Positions 62,256 through 64,000 of a DNA stretch of 64,000 nucleotides are shown one piece after another. The DNA lies in NCBI GenBank assembly GCA_963708135.1, contig OY970192.1, forward strand, positions 3,840,001 through 3,904,000, read 5' to 3'. Each line of letters opens with the position of its first letter. Position 1 is the first letter of the stretch. The DNA is from an uncultured Gemmatimonadales bacterium. GTDB taxonomy: Bacteria; Gemmatimonadota; Gemmatimonadetes; Longimicrobiales; RSA9. The notes under the pieces were generated by a model. It saw nothing but the letters and a program-made list of their open reading frames with translations, was not told the DNA's origin and ran no database searches. The translations under genes and the position numbers were made by a program.

Positions 62256-63851
62256 TCAGTCCAGCTGAACCTGCCGGACCTGATGGACGTCCGGCACCCG
62301 CCGCAGCGCGGCCAGCAGGTCGGCGTCGAGGCGCCCGTCCACGCTCACGGCCGCCAGCGCATCGCCGCCCTCCGTCAGCCGCGCCTGGTGGTACTCGGCG
62401 ATGTTCACGCCCCCATCCCCGAGCAGCGTGCCGACCCGCCCGATCACCCCCGGAACGTCGCGGTTTCGCAGCACGACCAGGGCGCCGCGGGGCAGAATGT
62501 CCACGTGGAAGTCGTCGATCCGCACCACCCGCGGGTGCCCCTCCGCCAGCAGCGCCCCGGCCACGCGTGTCCGGCGGGCGCCGGTCAGGCGGAGCTCGAC
62601 ATACTCGGCGTAGTCGCCGTCGGGCGTGAGCCGCACCCGCTCGACGCGCAGCCCGCGGCTGGCGGCGAGGTGGAGCGCGTTCACGTAGTTCACGGCGCCA
62701 CGGCCGACGACGTCGCCGAGCAGCCCGACCAGCGCGGCGGCGGAGAGCGGCCGGAGGGCCTCCTCGAGGCCGCCGGCGTGGCAGATCTCGACGGCGCGGG
62801 TCGGCCCATCGGCGCACGCGGCCGCGAGCCGGCCGAGCCGCTCGGCCAGCTCGAGCAGCGGCCGGATCCGCCGCATCGCCTCGCCGCCGACCGCCGGGGC
62901 GTTGACCGCGCGCGAGTAGTCGCCCTCGAGCAGCGCATCGCGCACGGCCTCGCAGATCTCGACGGCGACGTTCTGCTGCGCCTCGGTCGTGGCAGCGCCG
63001 AGGTGCGGGGTGAGGACGATGTTGGGGAAGGCGCGCAGCGGGGATTCGGGCGCCAGCGGCTCGGCGGCGTAGACGTCGAGCGCGGCGCCCGCGACGTGGC
63101 CGCTCTCGAGGGCGCGGGCGAGCGCGGCCTCATCGACCACGCCGCCGCGCGAGGCGTTCACGATGTAGACGCCCGGGCGGGTGCGGGCCAGCGCGGCGTC
63201 GTCGAGCAGCCCCTCGGTGGCCGGCGTGAGCGGCACGTGGAGCGTGATCACGTCGGCGCGCGCCAGCACCTCCTCGAGCGTGGCCGCCTCGACGTCCAGC
63301 GCCTCCGCCCGGTCGAGCGTGAGGTACGGATCGTAGGCGACGACGTCCATGCCGAACGCCCGCGCGCGCTTCGCCACCTCGCCGCCGATGCGGCCGGCGC
63401 CCACCAGCCCCAGCGTCTTGCCGTACAGCTCGATCCCGGTGTACGCCTTCCGGTCCCACGCCCCTTCCTTCACCGAGCGGTCGGCCGCCGGCACCTTGCG
63501 CGCGAGCGAGAGCAGCAGCGCGAAGGTCAGCTCCGCCGCCGAGATCGTGTTCCCGGACGGCGCGTTGAGGACCGCCACGCCCCGCTCCGTGGCCGCCTCC
63601 ACGTCGATGTTGTCCACCCCGACGCCCGCTCGACCGATCACCTTCAGCCGGTCCGCCCGCGCCAGCGCCTCGCGCGTGATGGTGGTCGAGCTGCGCACGA
63701 TGACCGCGTCCGCCTCCGCGATCGCCGCCGCCAGCGCCTCCCCCGAGAGCCCCTTCCGCTCCACCAGCTCGAAGTGGCCGTTCTCGCGCAGCGGCAGCGT
63801 CCCCTCCGGCGCGATGGCATCGGCCAGCAGCACGGTGAACCGCTCGCTCAT
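62256..63851 (-). CDS. serA: D-3-phosphoglycerate dehydrogenase (with ACT domain)
   Basis: RAGVGVDNID, GAGRIG, NASRGG, TPHLGAAT.EAQ, NRDVPGVIG. Confidence 0.95.
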   Translation of the reverse strand: MSERFTVLLADAIAPEGTLPLRENGHFELVERKGLSGEALAAAIAEADAVIVRSSTTITREALARADRLKVIGRAGVGVDNIDVEAATERGVAVLNAPSGNTISAAELTFALLLSLARKVPAADRSVKEGAWDRKAYTGIELYGKTLGLVGAGRIGGEVAKRARAFGMDVVAYDPYLTLDRAEALDVEAATLEEVLARADVITLHVPLTPATEGLLDDAALARTRPGVYIVNASRGGVVDEAALARALESGHVAGAALDVYAAEPLAPESPLRAFPNIVLTPHLGAATTEAQQNVAVEICEAVRDALLEGDYSRAVNAPAVGGEAMRRIRPLLELAERLGRLAAACADGPTRAVEICHAGGLEEALRPLSAAALVGLLGDVVGRGAVNYVNALHLAASRGLRVERVRLTPDGDYAEYVELRLTGARRTRVAGALLAEGHPRVVRIDDFHVDILPRGALVVLRNRDVPGVIGRVGTLLGDGGVNIAEYHQARLTEGGDALAAVSVDGRLDADLLAALRRVPDVHQVRQVQLD

Positions 63852-64000
63852 CGCGCGAGCACCTCCTCCACCGCCCCGAGCACCGCTTCCGTCTCCGCCA
63901 CCGTGTGGTCCCCCATGTGGCCGATCCGGATCGTCGCCTCCTTCAGCGCGCCGTACCCCGTGGCGATCGTATAGCCCCGCTCCTTCACCGCCCGCACCAC
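63848..64000 (-). CDS. Class V PLP aminotransferase, C-terminus (partial)
   Basis: GYTIATGYGALKEATIRIGHMG...LAR*, ATGA overlap with serA. Confidence 0.8.
   Translation of the reverse strand: MVRAVKERGYTIATGYGALKEATIRIGHMGDHTVAETEAVLGAVEEVLAR

Overview
Very GC-rich bacterial window, most consistent with Gemmatimonadota (inferred from the PadR+ADOP permease pairs, carboxypeptidase-regulatory repeat protein and Hanks kinase style). Bases 1-6540 form an accessory patchwork abutting the 3' end of tRNA-Val(CAC). It holds a Ser/Thr kinase, an ATP-dependent ligase C-terminal remnant, a truncated DUF6036-like nucleotidyltransferase with its partner, frameshifted lipoprotein and HxlR genes, a second kinase fragment fused to an IS91/ISCR transposase remnant, and two oriIS-like direct repeats bracketing a YdhR-like gene. 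The rest is mostly core genome: two tRNAs, an M6 metalloprotease, a long LPS operon (Kdo kinase, three GT9, MsbA, LpxL, GT2) containing a PorX-like receiver-PglZ protein, split glpA and glpB/mini-glpC genes, a sugar ABC transporter, M1/M23/P1 peptidases, a caa3-type oxidase cluster with ctaA/ctaB, thrB/thrC, two PadR-ADOP modules, a patatin and serA. Intergenic DNA is unusually rich in structured repeats: a MITE-like family with octamer arms, two ~62-nt-period palindromic arrays, microsatellite-armed hairpins and a (GAGGGT)11 tract. All calls come from reading the sequence and remembered family motifs; no searches were run.
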